A DNA stretch of 63,533 bases, counting the filler, from Cercozoa sp. M6MM (taxonomy: Eukaryota > Protista > Endomyxa: Ascetosporea): NCBI GenBank assembly GCA_040357565.1. It is 18 parts of 18 records of this genome, joined end to end, with 100 filler letters (N's around TTAATTAATTAA, not from the genome) between each part and the next. Parts side by side here need not be neighbours in the genome. Positions count along the whole stretch, not along the records: positions 12,117 to 15,052 come from JBDODJ010001670.1; positions 15,153 to 17,628 come from JBDODJ010001759.1; positions 17,729 to 19,548 come from JBDODJ010001908.1; positions 19,649 to 20,806 come from JBDODJ010002143.1; positions 20,907 to 24,371 come from JBDODJ010001442.1; positions 24,472 to 26,892 come from JBDODJ010001773.1; 12 more parts are not named here. One strand, 5' to 3'. Made by a program: the position numbers and the translations under genes. Below the pieces are notes generated by a model. The model was not told the origin of the DNA and ran no database searches. It saw only the letters and a list, made by a program, of their open reading frames with translations. Shown here in pieces: positions 12,117 through 25,399 of this stretch (its first letter is position 1; every line of letters begins with the position of its first letter).

Positions 12117-13564
12117 CGCCCGGTGAGTGGCTTGGACGGTTCTTCCTCCTCGACCGACAGCGCTGCTTCCTCCTTGTTCTCTTCCTCCTTGGCCTCCTTG
12201 CTATCTTCCTCCTTGGCCTCCTTGTTCTCTTCCTCCTTGGCCTCCTTGTTCTCTGCCTCCTCGTCTGCCTCCTCGTCTGCCTCTTCGTCACTGTCCGCGC
12301 GGATGCGCTGTCGCAGCGACTGCTCGTGCTTCTCACGTTCCATCTCCTGACGCACTTGCTCCTGGATGCGCAGTCTGCCCGTTAAGGGGGTAATCGGAGG
12401 GGTCAAGAGGGGGNNNNNNNNNNNNNNNNNNNNNNNNNNNNNNNNNNNNNNNNNNNNNNNNNNNNNNNNNNNNNNNNNNNNNNNNNNNNNNNNNNNNNNN
12501 NNNNNNNNNNNNNAAGAGGGGGGTCAAGAGGGGCGACGGGGTCAGCGTACAAGTCATCATAGTCGCCGCAGCGCCCGATCTTGACCGTCTCGACCGGCGC
12601 GTCCGTCTCCGTGGTCGGCAGTACCTCCATGCGGCCTGGAATAAAAGTCGCAGGAGTAGGGGTCTGGCAGGGGGAGGGGGAGAAAGAGGGGATGTCAGGG
12701 TCGTACGCAGCAGCTTCATGCCCTTGCAGACGCGGCCGAACACGACGTGTTTGTCGTCGAGGTGCGGCGCCGCTGCGAAGGTCACAAAGAACTGCGACGA
12801 GTTCGTGTCCGGCCCGCGGTTCGCCATACTCAGCAAGCCAGGTCTGGGCCAGGCAGGATACGGAGGGTAAAGAGACGTCAATGGGGTGGATGAGGTCTGA
12901 CTTTAACACAGCAATACCCCGAGTGCCGAATGCGAAAGTTCTCATCCTTGAAGGTGGCACCTGCACAGATGGGAAGCTTCACACTCTCTAATCCGAGCGA
13001 CCATACAGATACAGACTGAGCCGGCCTACCATAGATGGACTCGCCACCGTGGCCGTTGCCGAACTGAATGTCGCCGCTTTGCAGCATGAAGCCTTTGATC
13101 AGTCGGTGCACCTGCACACCAAAATACCGCAGTCAGTTAGTCGGTATATCATCCCATGTCGTATGCGTTATAGTGCTACCGGAGTGCCGCGGTAGTGCAG
13201 TGCTTTTTGTGTCACCTACGTAGTGCAGACCAAGTGAAGGAAAGCAAAAGAGACACGAACTCAAAAACGAACCTTGCCAATGCCTCGCTCGCCCGTGCAG
13301 AGTGCCCTGCGAACACAATCTGTCGAACAACCGACACACAGACACGGACACAAAGCTACCGGAAGTTGTCGGCTGTGCGAGGCACCACATCCGAAAAGAG
13401 CTCGCACACGAGACGACCGGCTGGCTGGTCGTTGATCTCAATGTCCAGGAAGACCCTGGACAATGAAAACACCATGAAACAAAAGAAGAACGCCGACCCA
13501 GAAAACACCAGTCTCCTGCACGCTACCTGGGCCGTTTGACCGGTGTCTTGTCGTTATCTGACAT
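12117..13564 (-). CDS. Cyclophilin-type PPIase with acidic C-terminal extension (3' truncated)
   Basis: [40 protein letters not shown]; [24 protein letters not shown]; [34 protein letters not shown]. Confidence 0.93.
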
Positions 13565-13917
13565 CTCTCACACACAGAGGTAGACCTAGTGACACCCACA
13601 GTCACCAGTGACACCCACAGGCTCAAAACCAAGATCCACCGGCGCTCCGGCAGAGTGACAATTTTTAAGGGCGCGTTTTTTTGAGTGACTAACAATACTA
13701 TACAGTACAAGGAGCTCCACAACGACTCTGGCGAAGTAAAACGTCACCTGTAGTCGCAAGAGCAGCTGGCAGTGACTCTTGGGCTCATACAAGTGCTCGG
13801 TAGGGCACGTGCATGTCGAAGAACAAATGATACCCAATCTTTCACCCTTTTCTGTTGTTTCAGCAGAAAAACGCCTCCGCGCGGACGTGTGAGACACTTG
13901 ACTGAGACAAACTGTCT

Positions 13918-15010
13918 ATGCGGCAGATAGCCGCGGCAGTGACTCGCACCTGCAGTGACAAAGCGACCTACGAACTCCTGCGGCAGGTGCGTCACTTGTG
14001 TTTTTAAATTTGAATCCTCGCACTCAGTTTCATTTGTGGCGACGTTTATTTCGACTATAGGCCGTGCAGCAGGTGTTGAATGTGCTTCCAGAGCCGTCTA
14101 AGCATGCAGGTAGCTTTTCTTGCCTGCGTGGCTCACCGTGTGCATGTGTTTGTCGTCCAGACAAAGTGCCATCGTACGCGGAGGAACTGCGTCGAGTAGG
14201 CACGTCGCTGTGCTGCACGATCGACGACTTGCTGTCGAAAGAAGAAGAAAAAGAAGCAGAGGCAGAAGGAGAAACGCGGCAGGAAGCAGTTGGAGACAGC
14301 ACCTACAACGACGACGACGACGACAAGAAGGAGTCGAACCTCGACACCGACGTCTGTGCCGACCTCGATGCCGTCGGTGACGGTGTGGCTGCGCGCGAGC
14401 TGTCCACGTGGTATGGTGCCCTGCGTCCGCGCGCACCGGCGCACGTGCCCATCACCGATGTGGTGCTCATGCAACGCGGCGATGAACTGCCGCCCAACGA
14501 CGCCAACGGCGCCTGGCACAAGGTAGACTTGTTATATACCTGTATACTATATATATATATATATATATATATGTATACACCTATTGTACATATAGGTGGC
14601 ACGCACCGTGGGTGGTCGCAACGGCGACTTGAACCGCGGCGCAGGTGGTGACTACGTTTACATTGCCTTCCGCCGGTATGACAAGTCTCTCTGGGTCACT
14701 TGGGCGACTCCACATTGCCCGCATTGTTGTAGAGGCAACGACAGACCGCCAATCACGGGCATCTCGCTCGTGTACACGCGCACTTTAACCCCCTGTTTAC
14801 CCCCCTGTTTACCCCCCTGTTTACCCCCTGTTTACCCCCTGTTTACCCCCTGTTTACCCTGTTACCCACCTGACATAAGCCATGTGTGAACACGAAACAG
14901 CATGCATGGACTGGGCGACAAGCGACCCCAGGGCAGTGCGCTGCTGCTCAAGACAGTTTCGGGCGCCGTCGCCGATGTCAATGCCGGCACCAAAGGTGGC
15001 TCCTTCTTAC
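13918..15010 (+). CDS. MABP (MVB12-associated beta-prism) domain protein, partial
   Basis: PITDVVL..GDELP..W.KV..TVGGRNGDLNRGAGGDYVYIAFRR..RPPITGISLV..KTVSGAVADVNAG: repeated PITD / DLN.G motifs. Confidence 0.75.
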
Positions 15011-15013
15011 CCT

Positions 15014-15052
<39 letters not shown>

Positions 15053-15152
15053 NNNNNNNNNNNNNNNNNNNNNNNNNNNNNNNNNNNNNNNNNNNNTTAA
15101 TTAATTAANNNNNNNNNNNNNNNNNNNNNNNNNNNNNNNNNNNNNNNNNNNN

Positions 15153-15648
15153 GAGCACTGCACGTAGGGCAGAGCGGCGTGGAAACCCTGCACACCGGGG
15201 AGGGGGTAAGGGGGCTGGGTGGGGTAAGAACCAAACTACCTCACGCCAAACGCCAATGAATCGACCGTGCTGCACCATACTACAAACAACACAGTCTTAA
15301 AAAACGCAGCCTTAATCATCATTGTTAAGGCTGCGTCCTACATGGCCGAGAAGCCCTGCGGAACGACAACGTAACTCGAGCAGCACGAGCGCTGCGGCTT
15401 CATCACCAGCGGAATCTCGCGGTAGCTGTAACAGGGGGTTAACAGGGGTAAACAGGGGGCAACGGGGGGGGGGGGTAAAAAGGGGGGCAAAGCACCCGTC
15501 CAGCGCGATGTTGTCGCTGCCAGACACCACGGCGGCCTCGGCGAAGGAGCCAATGTGACGAGTCACCAGACGCTGCCCACACCAACATTCAAATACAACT
15601 CATGCCCGCGCGGACACTCAAGGCTACCGTAGGAATGTCAGCGGCCAT
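15153..15648 (-). CDS. SPFH/Band-7 (stomatin-like) protein, 5' part
   Basis: Spliced MAADIPT-RLVTRHIG..YVVVPQGFSAIMVQHGRFIGVWRE-GFHAALPYV. Confidence 0.65.
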
Positions 15649-16174
15649 ATCGTGTGTGCTTTTGCTTCAGGAAACCTGCAAAACAAAAGAACGTCAGTGG
15701 CGAGTGACCATGACCCCAAAAACAAAACTATCTTGCTCAGCTGGGCGCGAGATCAAAAGTCAGACAAACCACTGCGGTAATACAGCTTCGGGAAAGCGAA
15801 CTTGACACCTCTTGGTCGTTCCTGCGGCACGCCTGACGCTGGCTCGAGCCTGCTCTCGTTCGGCCTTTCGGATCCGAGCAGACCGAAATTTTCCGTCCAA
15901 AGTCAGTCCAAATCGACTGATAAAGTCAGCTCAAGAAAAAGCGCAGCCTTGAAGAAAAGTAATCAACAACAAGCCACGTGCATCTTAATCATCAAACGTT
16001 CCCCTTGTCGGGTGACGTTACGTTAGATGCTGTTAGGCCTATTTTTGGGTCTGCTAGTACAGGTAGATGAGACTGATCTGTGACCCGTTGAAAATACTGA
16101 TCACTCGTCCTTGTGTACACTGCTGAAGTCATCAACTGACACCCCAGTGTGTGTTTGTGTGATTATGGACACGA

Positions 16175-17560
16175 TGATGGCATGTTGCACAGAGCACGCA
16201 GGTGCAGAGCGAGACTGTCTGCGCCTTGCCGTCGAACGTTGTTCCCTATACGGATCGATACGAAGGTGTGTATGCCGGGGGGAGGGGGTTAAATCATATA
16301 TATCCGTGTAGGTCTGGACCTTGATGCACGCATCGACCTGTCGGCGCTGCCGATGGACGCGCCCGACGACACTGCTTCGTCGCCGTTGCGCACCGTGCGA
16401 CACCTGTCGACTGACGATCTTTCTCTGCTGTACCTCTGCCCTGGGGTGTGGGGTACGGGTGGGGGGAGGGGGAGGTTAATGGGGGGTAGAAAAGAATATA
16501 AGGCAGCCAAGACACGGGCTGCGATGTGATCGAAGAGAAAGACGCCGACGTGATCGCCTTGTCGCCCAGTGAGACACATGCGCGTTTCTTGTCGACACTC
16601 ACGCGTGTCTCGGGCGCTGTGGTATGGGGNNNNNNNNNNNNNNNNNNNNNNNNNNNNNNNNNNNNNNNNNNNNNNNNNNNNNNNNNNNNNNNNNNNNNNN
16701 NNNNNNNNNNNNNNNNNNNNNNNNNNNNNGGGTGCACGTGGACGTGTCGGCGGCGTCGCGCGTGTCAGTGCCGCGACTGGCGCGAACAGCGCTGGTGGTG
16801 CAGGGCGCCGTGACCGAGGTGCGCGCAGCCGCGCGGAAGGTGCGCATCCGCGCGGACGTGGCCGAGCTGTCACTGAGCCACGTGGTCAGTCTGACGGTGG
16901 ACGCGGAGGCTGTACTGTCGGGACACGTGGCACTGTCGCCGACCCTGCGGCAGCTGCTGTGGCGGCCACGTGGTCCGCCCAGTGCGACGGTGTGTGCTGC
17001 ACTGACCGCTGGAGTGACCACTCGAGTGACCACTGGGGTGACCACCCAAGTGACCACTGAACCGTCTTCACTCCAGTCGCTGCACGTGCCACATGCCAGT
17101 CACTGCGCTGTCGCTGCCTGGCTTGCGGCGGCTTCGGTTTGTCTTTCCCTTTCCTTCCGCTTTCTTCCCCTTTCCTTCCCCTTTCCTTCCCCTTTCCTTC
17201 CCCTTTCCTTCCCCTTTCCTTCCCCTTTCCTTCCTTTCCTTCCCCTTTCCTTCCCCTTTCCTTCCCCTTTCCTTTATCCCCTCTCTCCAGGGCGAGAAGT
17301 CGCAAGTGGTGCTGTCGGTGGAGGAAGGCGAACTCGACCTGACTCAGGTAGAGACCACGTGTGACCCAAAGTGACCACGTGGGTGACCCGGAGTGACCAC
17401 GTGGGTGACCCGGAGTGACCACGTGGGTGACTGGGCAGAGTGAGTACACGCACATCGATCGGCTGCACGTGCCGCTGCAGTCGCTGCGCAATGACGTGTT
17501 GGAGTCCGTGTCGCAGCTCGTCTTCCGCGCGGACGCTGGCTCGCTTGACCCGGACGGTTT
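16175..17560 (+). CDS. Uncharacterised protein with repeat-filled introns, partial
   Basis: GC-rich exons between GT-AG introns carrying GTGACCAC and CCCCTTTCCTT repeats. Confidence 0.45.
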
Positions 17561-17728
17561 CGCTGCTTTAAATCCTTGACCCTCCACCTCCCTTTACTTT
17601 CTTTTACCCCTATTTACCCCCCCCCCCCNNNNNNNNNNNNNNNNNNNNNNNNNNNNNNNNNNNNNNNNNNNNTTAATTAATTAANNNNNNNNNNNNNNNN
17701 NNNNNNNNNNNNNNNNNNNNNNNNNNNN

Positions 17729-17986
17729 GTGCGTAGGTACTGTACCTGCACACAACTTGCGCACGCTTTCGTGTTTGGAGGCGGCGAGTAGCTCAAAGTG
17801 CTACAGCGCAACTGCGGGTACAGCGACGGGAGCAAGTGAGCAAGGGAGCCAAAGACAATTTGTTACGAGCTGTGTGGCCAGCGGCACGTTCTGCTGCCAG
17901 AGCTGAGTGATCGCCTGCTCTGCCGCGCGGCGTGGCGCGTCCTGTGGCAACTGAAATGTCAGCAGCGCCTGCTCGAGCTGCTCCAT
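17729..17986 (-). CDS. Importin-beta family (importin-5-like) N-terminus
   Basis: MEQLEQALLTFQLPQDAPRRAAEQAITQLWQQ..LLAASKHESVRKLCA resembles the IBN_N HEAT start. Confidence 0.5.
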
Positions 17987-18348
17987 TGCGACACGCACCC
18001 ACGATCCCTGTCTAAATGAGGCAGAAGAGTTTTTCGCACGCCAACGCGCTTATATCTGCACTGTGTGCCACACGAGTTTACACACACCTGCCAGGATACG
18101 CCTCGACGCCGGGAGGTTGGCGAGAAATTATGGAATCATACACTCCAACCGGCTCATATGAGCCGAAGTGTGAGTGAAACGGTTCAGCGCCTCCGCATTG
18201 AGTGTCCCGGTGTGAGACACGTGTCAGTTGTGTATTTGTGGTACAGCATACGCTGGATAATGTGGTTAATCGATTTGGTGTGAAGGGTTTGTTCTTTGAA
18301 TGTTTGATTCTTGACAGAGCCAAGCGACACAGGCCGCTCGGGGGGGAA

Positions 18349-19500
18349 ATGGGCATCCAGGAGCAGATCAAGGAGATCGAGGCCGAGATGGCCCGAACGC
18401 AGAAGAACAAGGCGACGGAGGGCCACCTGGGTCGCCTGAAGGCCAAGCTGGCCAAGCTGCGCACGGAGCTGCTGGCGCCGGCCAAGACTTCGGGCGGCAA
18501 GGGCGAAGGTTTCGGTGCGTTTCTCGTGCTTTGATTTCGCACACTCACTGACTTGACTCACTTGACTCACTTGAATGACTTGACTTGACTCACTTGAGTG
18601 TGTTGGGTGACTCAGATGTCACCAAGGCGGGTCACGCGCGTGTCGCTCTGGTCGGCTTTCCGTCGGTCGGCAAGTCCTCATTGGTACCCGCGACCTGCCC
18701 CATTTGTACCTGTCCATTTGTACCTGTCCCATTTGTACCTGTTTATTTGTACCTGTGCGTGTACAGTTGGCCGAACTGACGGGCACGGAGTCGGAAGCAG
18801 CGGCCTACGAGTTCACCACGCTCACGTGCATCCCGGGCGTCATCAACTACAACGACGCCAAGATTCAGCTGCTCGACCTGCCCGGTATCGTCGAGGGCGC
18901 CGCTCAGGGCAAGGGTCGCGGCCGACAGGTGCTGCTACCCCTTGATTCCCCTATCCCTACCCCTACCCCTTAACCCCTCCCCCTTAAACCCCTCCCCCCT
19001 CCCGTGTAGGTGATTGGTACGGCGCGATCGGCCGACTTGATTCTAATGATGCTCGATGCGGTATCTTGTAGTGGTTACATGGGGGTGATCAAGAGGTGGT
19101 AAATCAAAGGATGATACTGTGTTGCTCTAGGCCAAGGGCGATGTGCATCGACAGTTGTTGACGCACGAACTGGACCAGGTAGACCTTTCCTACCTACCTG
19201 CCTACCTACCCACATACCCACCTACCTACCTGCCTACCTACCTGCCTGCCTGCCCAACCTGTCTGTGTTGTAGTGCGGCATCAGGCTCAACCAGCAACCG
19301 CCGAACATTGAGTATTCCTTGCGCAAGCTGGGCGGGTACCTCTCCTTACTCCTTTATCCCTCACCTTAGCTCCTTTACCCACTACCCTGTACCCGTACTC
19401 CCTTTCCCCCCCCCCCCCATTGACACAGTGTCAAGTTCAAGTCGACCGTGCCGCTCACGAAAACCGACGAGCGAACAGTGCGCGGCATTCTGCATGATCG
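18349..19500 (+). CDS. DRG2: Developmentally regulated GTP-binding protein 2 (OBG family), 7 exons seen, 3' truncated
   Basis: [94 protein letters not shown]. Confidence 0.92.
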
Positions 19501-19648
19501 GTACTCCTATCCCCTTTCTCCTTTAGCCCCTTTACCCCCCCCCCCCCCNNNNNNNNNNNNNNNNNNNNNNNNNNNNNNNNNNNNNNNNNNNNTTAATTAA
19601 TTAANNNNNNNNNNNNNNNNNNNNNNNNNNNNNNNNNNNNNNNNNNNN

Positions 19649-20007
19649 TTCGTGTCGAAGCAGTAAAGGCACTCTGATCGCTGTATTGCTAGCGGTACCA
19701 GTCTCGGTGGTGAAGAACAGGTTGCGACCGCGCGCCTCGCGCACGACGTCGACCAGACCGGGCTCGTACACGGGCAGGTCAGCACAGTCCTCGCTGTTCC
19801 AGCGCTGGATCTGTCGCGGGTTGATGTCGCACGTGATCACCTAGACACACATAACGCGGCAAGATCACTTGATGAGCAGCAATCTGACGGGGGGGGGGGG
19901 TGTGCTCCTACCTTGATGTTGGGGCAATGCTTGGCCAGCACGGCCATCGTAGGGCCACCCACATAGCCGGCGCCAATGCACGCGATCACGCACTCAAACT
20001 CACCCAT
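19649..20007 (-). CDS. UGDH: UDP-glucose 6-dehydrogenase, 5' part
   Basis: IACIGAGYVGGPTMAVLAKHCP..DINPRQIQRWNS..LPVYEPGL..ARGRNLFFTT. Confidence 0.93.
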
Positions 20008-20400
20008 GTCACGAGCTGTCAGCGTGTACCAAAACAAGAATCCGGCCAGAAAATGAGGGAGAAAACAACAGCAAAGCGATCAGAACTTGCATGGGATTGC
20101 GACAAACAATAGCACAGAAAAGCCAAATGTACCCACAACCTGCTGCTTCAGCGGTGTCAGCTTGGTTGCCCAATTTGGCGAAGCCCAGGTTCTTTTTTTT
20201 TTGAACCTGGCGCTCCGCAGACGTGACCAAGGTAGAAGGGCGGTTCTGGTGCAAGTTGGTACAAGTACAGAAACAACAAGTTTGTTTATATCTACCTGTG
20301 TAGTGTACGCACTCTTTAGACAAGGCGTGTGTTTGCTTGCAATTTTGCATTAACTTGCGTTTTTTTGTCTTGCAGAACAAATACAACGACATCAGACCAA

Positions 20401-20548
20401 ATGCCGGGAGAGTGTGTCTACAAGCTGGTGCTTCTGCGTCATGAGTCGGAGTGGAACAAAGCGAACAAGTTCACTGGCTGGACCGATGTCGGTCTGTCGG
20501 AGGTGGGCGTTGAGGAGGCGCATGCTGCCGCCGAGATGCTGAAGGAGG
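20401..20548 (+). pseudogene. Cofactor-dependent phosphoglycerate mutase first exon only, RHG motif missing Gly
   Basis: [34 protein letters not shown]; following sequence is not PGAM-like. Confidence 0.6.
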
Positions 20549-20758
20549 TAGAGTCGTTTTTATTGCCCAGACCAAGGAATGTGGCTGGTGCGACTGCCCA
20601 ATGATGCGCCTGTTGGTACCAACACGAGTACTCCTGTCTATTGTCTGAACTAGTATCTCTTGTATTGACTCTAGGCGACCTAAGTTGGATCAACATCAAC
20701 ACCAGAAAGATGGAGGTGACTGCCGGTTGTGGCACTACAGTTTCGCAGGTGCGGACTT

Positions 20759-20806
<48 letters not shown>

Positions 20807-20906
20807 NNNNNNNNNNNNNNNNNNNNNNNNNNNNNNNNNNNNNNNNNNNNTTAATTAATTAANNNNNNNNNNNNNNNNNNNNNNNNNNNNNNNNNNNNNN
20901 NNNNNN

Positions 20907-20954
<48 letters not shown>

Positions 20955-20989
20955 AATACAAACGCCAAACAGTAGATAAAACGAGAGAG

Positions 20990-22458
20990 CCTACAGCTTG
21001 CTGGAGACACCGACGGGCCAGTTCGCTGTTTCGTTCCGCTTTTAAGCCAGAGTTTCGCGCGAGTCGGTTTTCAATATTGATTAAAGTAGCTACTGCCTCG
21101 GCAGCAGCAGTGCAACAACTCTCAATCCCCTAAAAACAAAAACATAAAAACTGTGACTTTCCCCACATCCAACAACTGCAAGGCGACTCACCTTTGGGTG
21201 ATACAGAACCTGGCTGGCAAGAGAGTCCCAAAGCAACGGCAAACTCTGTTTAATTTCGTCAACAACATCACTTCTGCAAACAGTGCGCAGTCACACAAAT
21301 ACGAAAAATGCAAGAAAATAAATTTAACACACCGTCCCAGTGCATTAAATGTCTCTCCGATGACACCAAGAAACGTGCCGATGTGTAGCGTGGTTTTGCT
21401 GTGCCGCGTTTCGCAGCTCGACAGTGCAGTAGCAGCATCGTGAAAGGTCTCGAAATCATCAAGTTGCACTGCGACTCGAGCGAGTTGGGCGATCGTATTC
21501 ACGTGTGCCCGCTTCGTGTGCATTGATGCACGCGCACTGTCGCAACAATCCGCATACAAGAGTTTCAGTTCTTGCTTCTGCTCCTCGCTCGGTTCCTTGC
21601 AGAGTGCGACTGAAATCTTCACCAACTGGGCAATACAATGAAAGTGACAAAAAGAAAGAAAAAAACATGAGAAGCAAGAAAGCACCCTTTGGAACAAACT
21701 GCGTCCTTTGGCTTTTGGAAGCTTGTCGCTGAAGCAGGAAGCCGCCGTTTCGACTGCGTCGAACAAAGCAACAATGTGCGGCGACTCGTCTTGGAACACT
21801 GCGGCATCGGGTTGCTTTCGATGCAGGAAGTTCAGAGCGTTGCCGATCTACGGTGCCAAAGAGAGTCTCAAAGCACTGAGAAATAAGCAAAAAGAAATCT
21901 ATCACCTGCATCGACATGATTCGTTGTGATTGTTGCGGCAGCCTCGAGTGCAGTTGTCTAGGATAAAAATGATATGCGTGCATGAACAAAGCAGGTGAGG
22001 AGTTGGTTGGACATACTGAAGCATTGGCCACAAGACGTACAGTGTCTGCAAGTGAATTTCCTTGTCTCGTGCTTCCAGCATCAGTAGAAAGTGTCGCTTC
22101 TGTATCAATACATAGATATACATATATATACCGGACGTCTTTCTAAAGATGTCAAATTACCACTCTGAACAGACAGAGTTTCATGTATTCCGCCGTCGCA
22201 GTTGCAGTTTCAGCAGTCGGCGTTTCTCGCAGCAATCGCTCGTCGGTTCGCGTCAGCTGCAGAAGTGCCAGACACAACTGAGCGCTCCTGGCTTCCGTTG
22301 CCTACAGCAGACATCAATAACGGGCAGGAGCAACATCTAGCTAGTCCATATTGACAAACAAAACCTTGACTGGAGTAAACATGCATTTCTCGAGACACTG
22401 CCACAACAGTGACGCTGTGTTTTCCACGTGCAGCACCGTCGCACTGTCTAGCGACTCC

Positions 22459-22507
<49 letters not shown>

Positions 22508-22607
22508 NNNNNNNNNNNNNNNNNNNNNNNNNNNNNNNNNNNNNNNNNNNNNNNNNNNNNNNNNNNNNNNNNNNNNNNNNNNNNNNNNNNNNNNNNNNNN
22601 NNNNNNN

Positions 22608-22706
<99 letters not shown>

Positions 22707-23005
22707 ATCACAGTCCTCTCAACACCTGCACACAAACTTACTTTGACTCCACAAAGGCAAGAAGTGCCGTGGCGAGCTGTTCAAATTTCTCAACTTCGAC
22801 CAAAGCGTCCGAAGCACTGTGCCGTAACTCCAAAGCTGCGATCAAAGATGATTAACACAGAAGGACAAACAAAATTAGTACCCTCAAATAACGCCGGCCA
22901 GTCGCACACAGGAAAGACGGGCTGCCTCCTGCTGTCACTGCTTGCGTTTCGTTTGAGCACGTTGCTTATTCTCAAAAACTGAAAACAGTCAATGTTCGCG
23001 CGCAT
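20990..23005 (-). CDS. Uncharacterised helical protein (multi-exon)
   Basis: Series of exons with short GT-AG introns (FQDESPHIVALFDAVE.., LVKISVALCKEPSEEQ..); no family recognised. Confidence 0.45.
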
Positions 23006-23504
23006 GTACTGTTTAAACGAGCTCTACCTCGTCATTGAGGTCGATATTGACAGAAGACACAAACGCGCGCTGAAGCGACGCCTTTCGGGAGTTACACTGT
23101 ACTCTAAATACCCTTTTCATCGTTAGACTCCTGTCAGTACTTCTATCTTCTAAGGAGTACACTCTCTGCAGGAGCGCTGGAGAGCTTTTAAAAATGAGCT
23201 GCCTCAGCTTCCGTCACCTTTACAGCTCCCTGACAGGTAAAAGGTTAAAAAAGCACGAATAGAACAAGTTAATATCCCATGATATCTGGAAAAAAGCCTC
23301 AAGGGCAGTCAGGTCAGCGAGATACGGTCGCCCAGGGGATCGAGACTCTCCGGCAATCCAGAAGATACTGATCTGATCGAATTGTTTCCCATCACCGGCT
23401 CGTGGCTGCTACCTCACGCTCCTGCTCCGCCCCCTCGCTTCTGCTCTTGCGCCGAGCACTCCGACTGCTGGTTTTCTTTCCAAATCTTTCGAGCAAGTAC
23501 ACAA

Positions 23505-24066
23505 ATGAAGTTTCTGTCGACGACGCTTATCGTTGCCGTGGCGGCCTCGGCCACGTGGCCTGTGGTGGCGCAAGACGAGTTCCCGGGTGATCGGGTCCGC
23601 GATGATGACTCTAGTCTTTCATCCTGTGGTTTTCACTCGATGACTTTCCCACCCAGCACGACGCTGGACCAGATCGGCAGCGCCGTCGAAAGCTGTGTCG
23701 TGAGCTCAGCCTCACCCGCCGCCGGACGCTGCAACGCCGCCGTGAGCGAAAAGAGCGGGCAGCTGAAGCTGACGTGCTACCCTGGTGCATGCGAGTTGCC
23801 GACGTGGGCTGTCACGGCGGGAAGTGAGTGGAAGTGGGCCGTCTGCAGTGGCGGCAGCGGATCCAACGGCGCTTCGTGCAGCTACGTGCCCGACTCGGTG
23901 CCGCACATCTCGATGTCTGCTGCGTCCGCGCAAGTTTACGGTACAGCTGGTATGCACGTCAAGTGCCGTGCTTGGTGTGCTTCCAACTTCGATCCGGCTG
24001 TCGGTGAGCAACGCACAATCTTCGGCCTCACGAATCGCGTTCGTTTCCACTTTCGCCACTGCATTT

Positions 24067-24119
<53 letters not shown>

Positions 24120-24371
24120 GTGGCGATTATATATATATCGCGTTAATTCAGAACGACCGCCCGGGCGATGACATGGAGTGCTACTGTATGACGCAGAATG
24201 AGTGGAACCAAGCTGCGTCGCACGGCTACTTATGCAACGATTCCTGTCGCAACCTTCCCCACAGCTCGCCGTGTATGTTTTCCGCGTGTCAACTATGTAG
24301 TATCCCCCTGGACTGGACTAATACGTATACTCTATGCTGCTCAGGTTTCGACACTACCACGACACTCTGCG
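23505..24371 (+). CDS. Secreted Cys-rich protein with a WSC-like domain, 3' truncated
   Basis: Signal peptide MKFLSTTLIVAVAASA; MHVKCRAWCAS..IFGLTN..DMECYC..LCNDSC follows WSC cysteine spacing. Confidence 0.6.
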
Positions 24372-24471
24372 NNNNNNNNNNNNNNNNNNNNNNNNNNNNN
24401 NNNNNNNNNNNNNNNTTAATTAATTAANNNNNNNNNNNNNNNNNNNNNNNNNNNNNNNNNNNNNNNNNNNN

Positions 24472-25158
24472 GGGGGGTAAAAGTTGGGTACCTTGGCCAT
24501 CGACACCGACAGCACGAACATGAGCGGCAGGATACTCACCTGTCCACACGACACATCAGACACACACCCTCAAGTATCAGTCGCCGCCTTAACCAGTGTG
24601 GCTACTTAGGGTGGCTACAGTACCCACTGAGACTTGGGCGACATCGGAAACGTACTCAGAATCGCCACGATCAAAAAATACACGTTGGCTGCCTTGCGGA
24701 ACTGCAGCACGGCAGGGGGGTTGGGTAAACNNNNNNNNNNNNNNNNNNNNNNNNNNNNNNNNNNNNNNNNNNNNNNNNNNNNNNNNNNNNNNNNNNNNNN
24801 NNNNNNNNNNNNNNNNNNNNNNNNNNNNNNAAACATGCGAACAAAGAGGGGGTAAGGGAGTAAAAACACACCTGGTCCAGCAGACACAGCGGCAAGAAAC
24901 GCAGCAGGCCGTACTTGGTGGTCGAGATGTAGTTGCGCATGAAGACCTGGTCGCCCACATCGGCCCGCGCGTCGGCGCCGCCGCTCCAGCGCAACCAGCG
25001 ACCGCTCTGTCAAACAAGACACAGCAGGCATATACCCTCGCAAAGTGCATGACACACACGCACAACACAAAAGCAAAACAGCGACCGATCACTCCAACAG
25101 CAATCATTTTTGGGAGTTAATTTTATGCTCGACACACAGGGCCCTCGTCGGTCGCCAT
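24472..25158 (-). CDS. P4-type ATPase (phospholipid flippase), 5' part
   Basis: NYISTTKYGLLRFLPLCLLDQFRKAANVYFLIVAILS..SP..SILPLMFVLSVSMAK. Confidence 0.9.
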
Positions 25159-25399
25159 GTCCGACTCACTATGTTCAAAACAATAGCAGCACTCCGTTGA
25201 ACTCAACGCAGCGTCGTCTACTCGTTTGTAGAGAGCCTGTTGTTCCTGACCGGTTGATTTTCTTAAGGCTGCGTCGTCAGCCAACTCGTCTGTGCTGTGA
25301 GCTGCTGCGGGACAGTGACCAGCCAAACTACTGCCGGCCCGTTCTTGACGCTGAGGGTGGCCAGTGACCTGTATGATGCGAGACTGTGTTGGTTCAGTG

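Noticed and set aside
22150-22340. Stop-codon reassignment suggested by in-frame TGA
   Set aside because: Stops vanish with ordinary GT-AG introns; conserved genes end in TAA, TAG or TGA.
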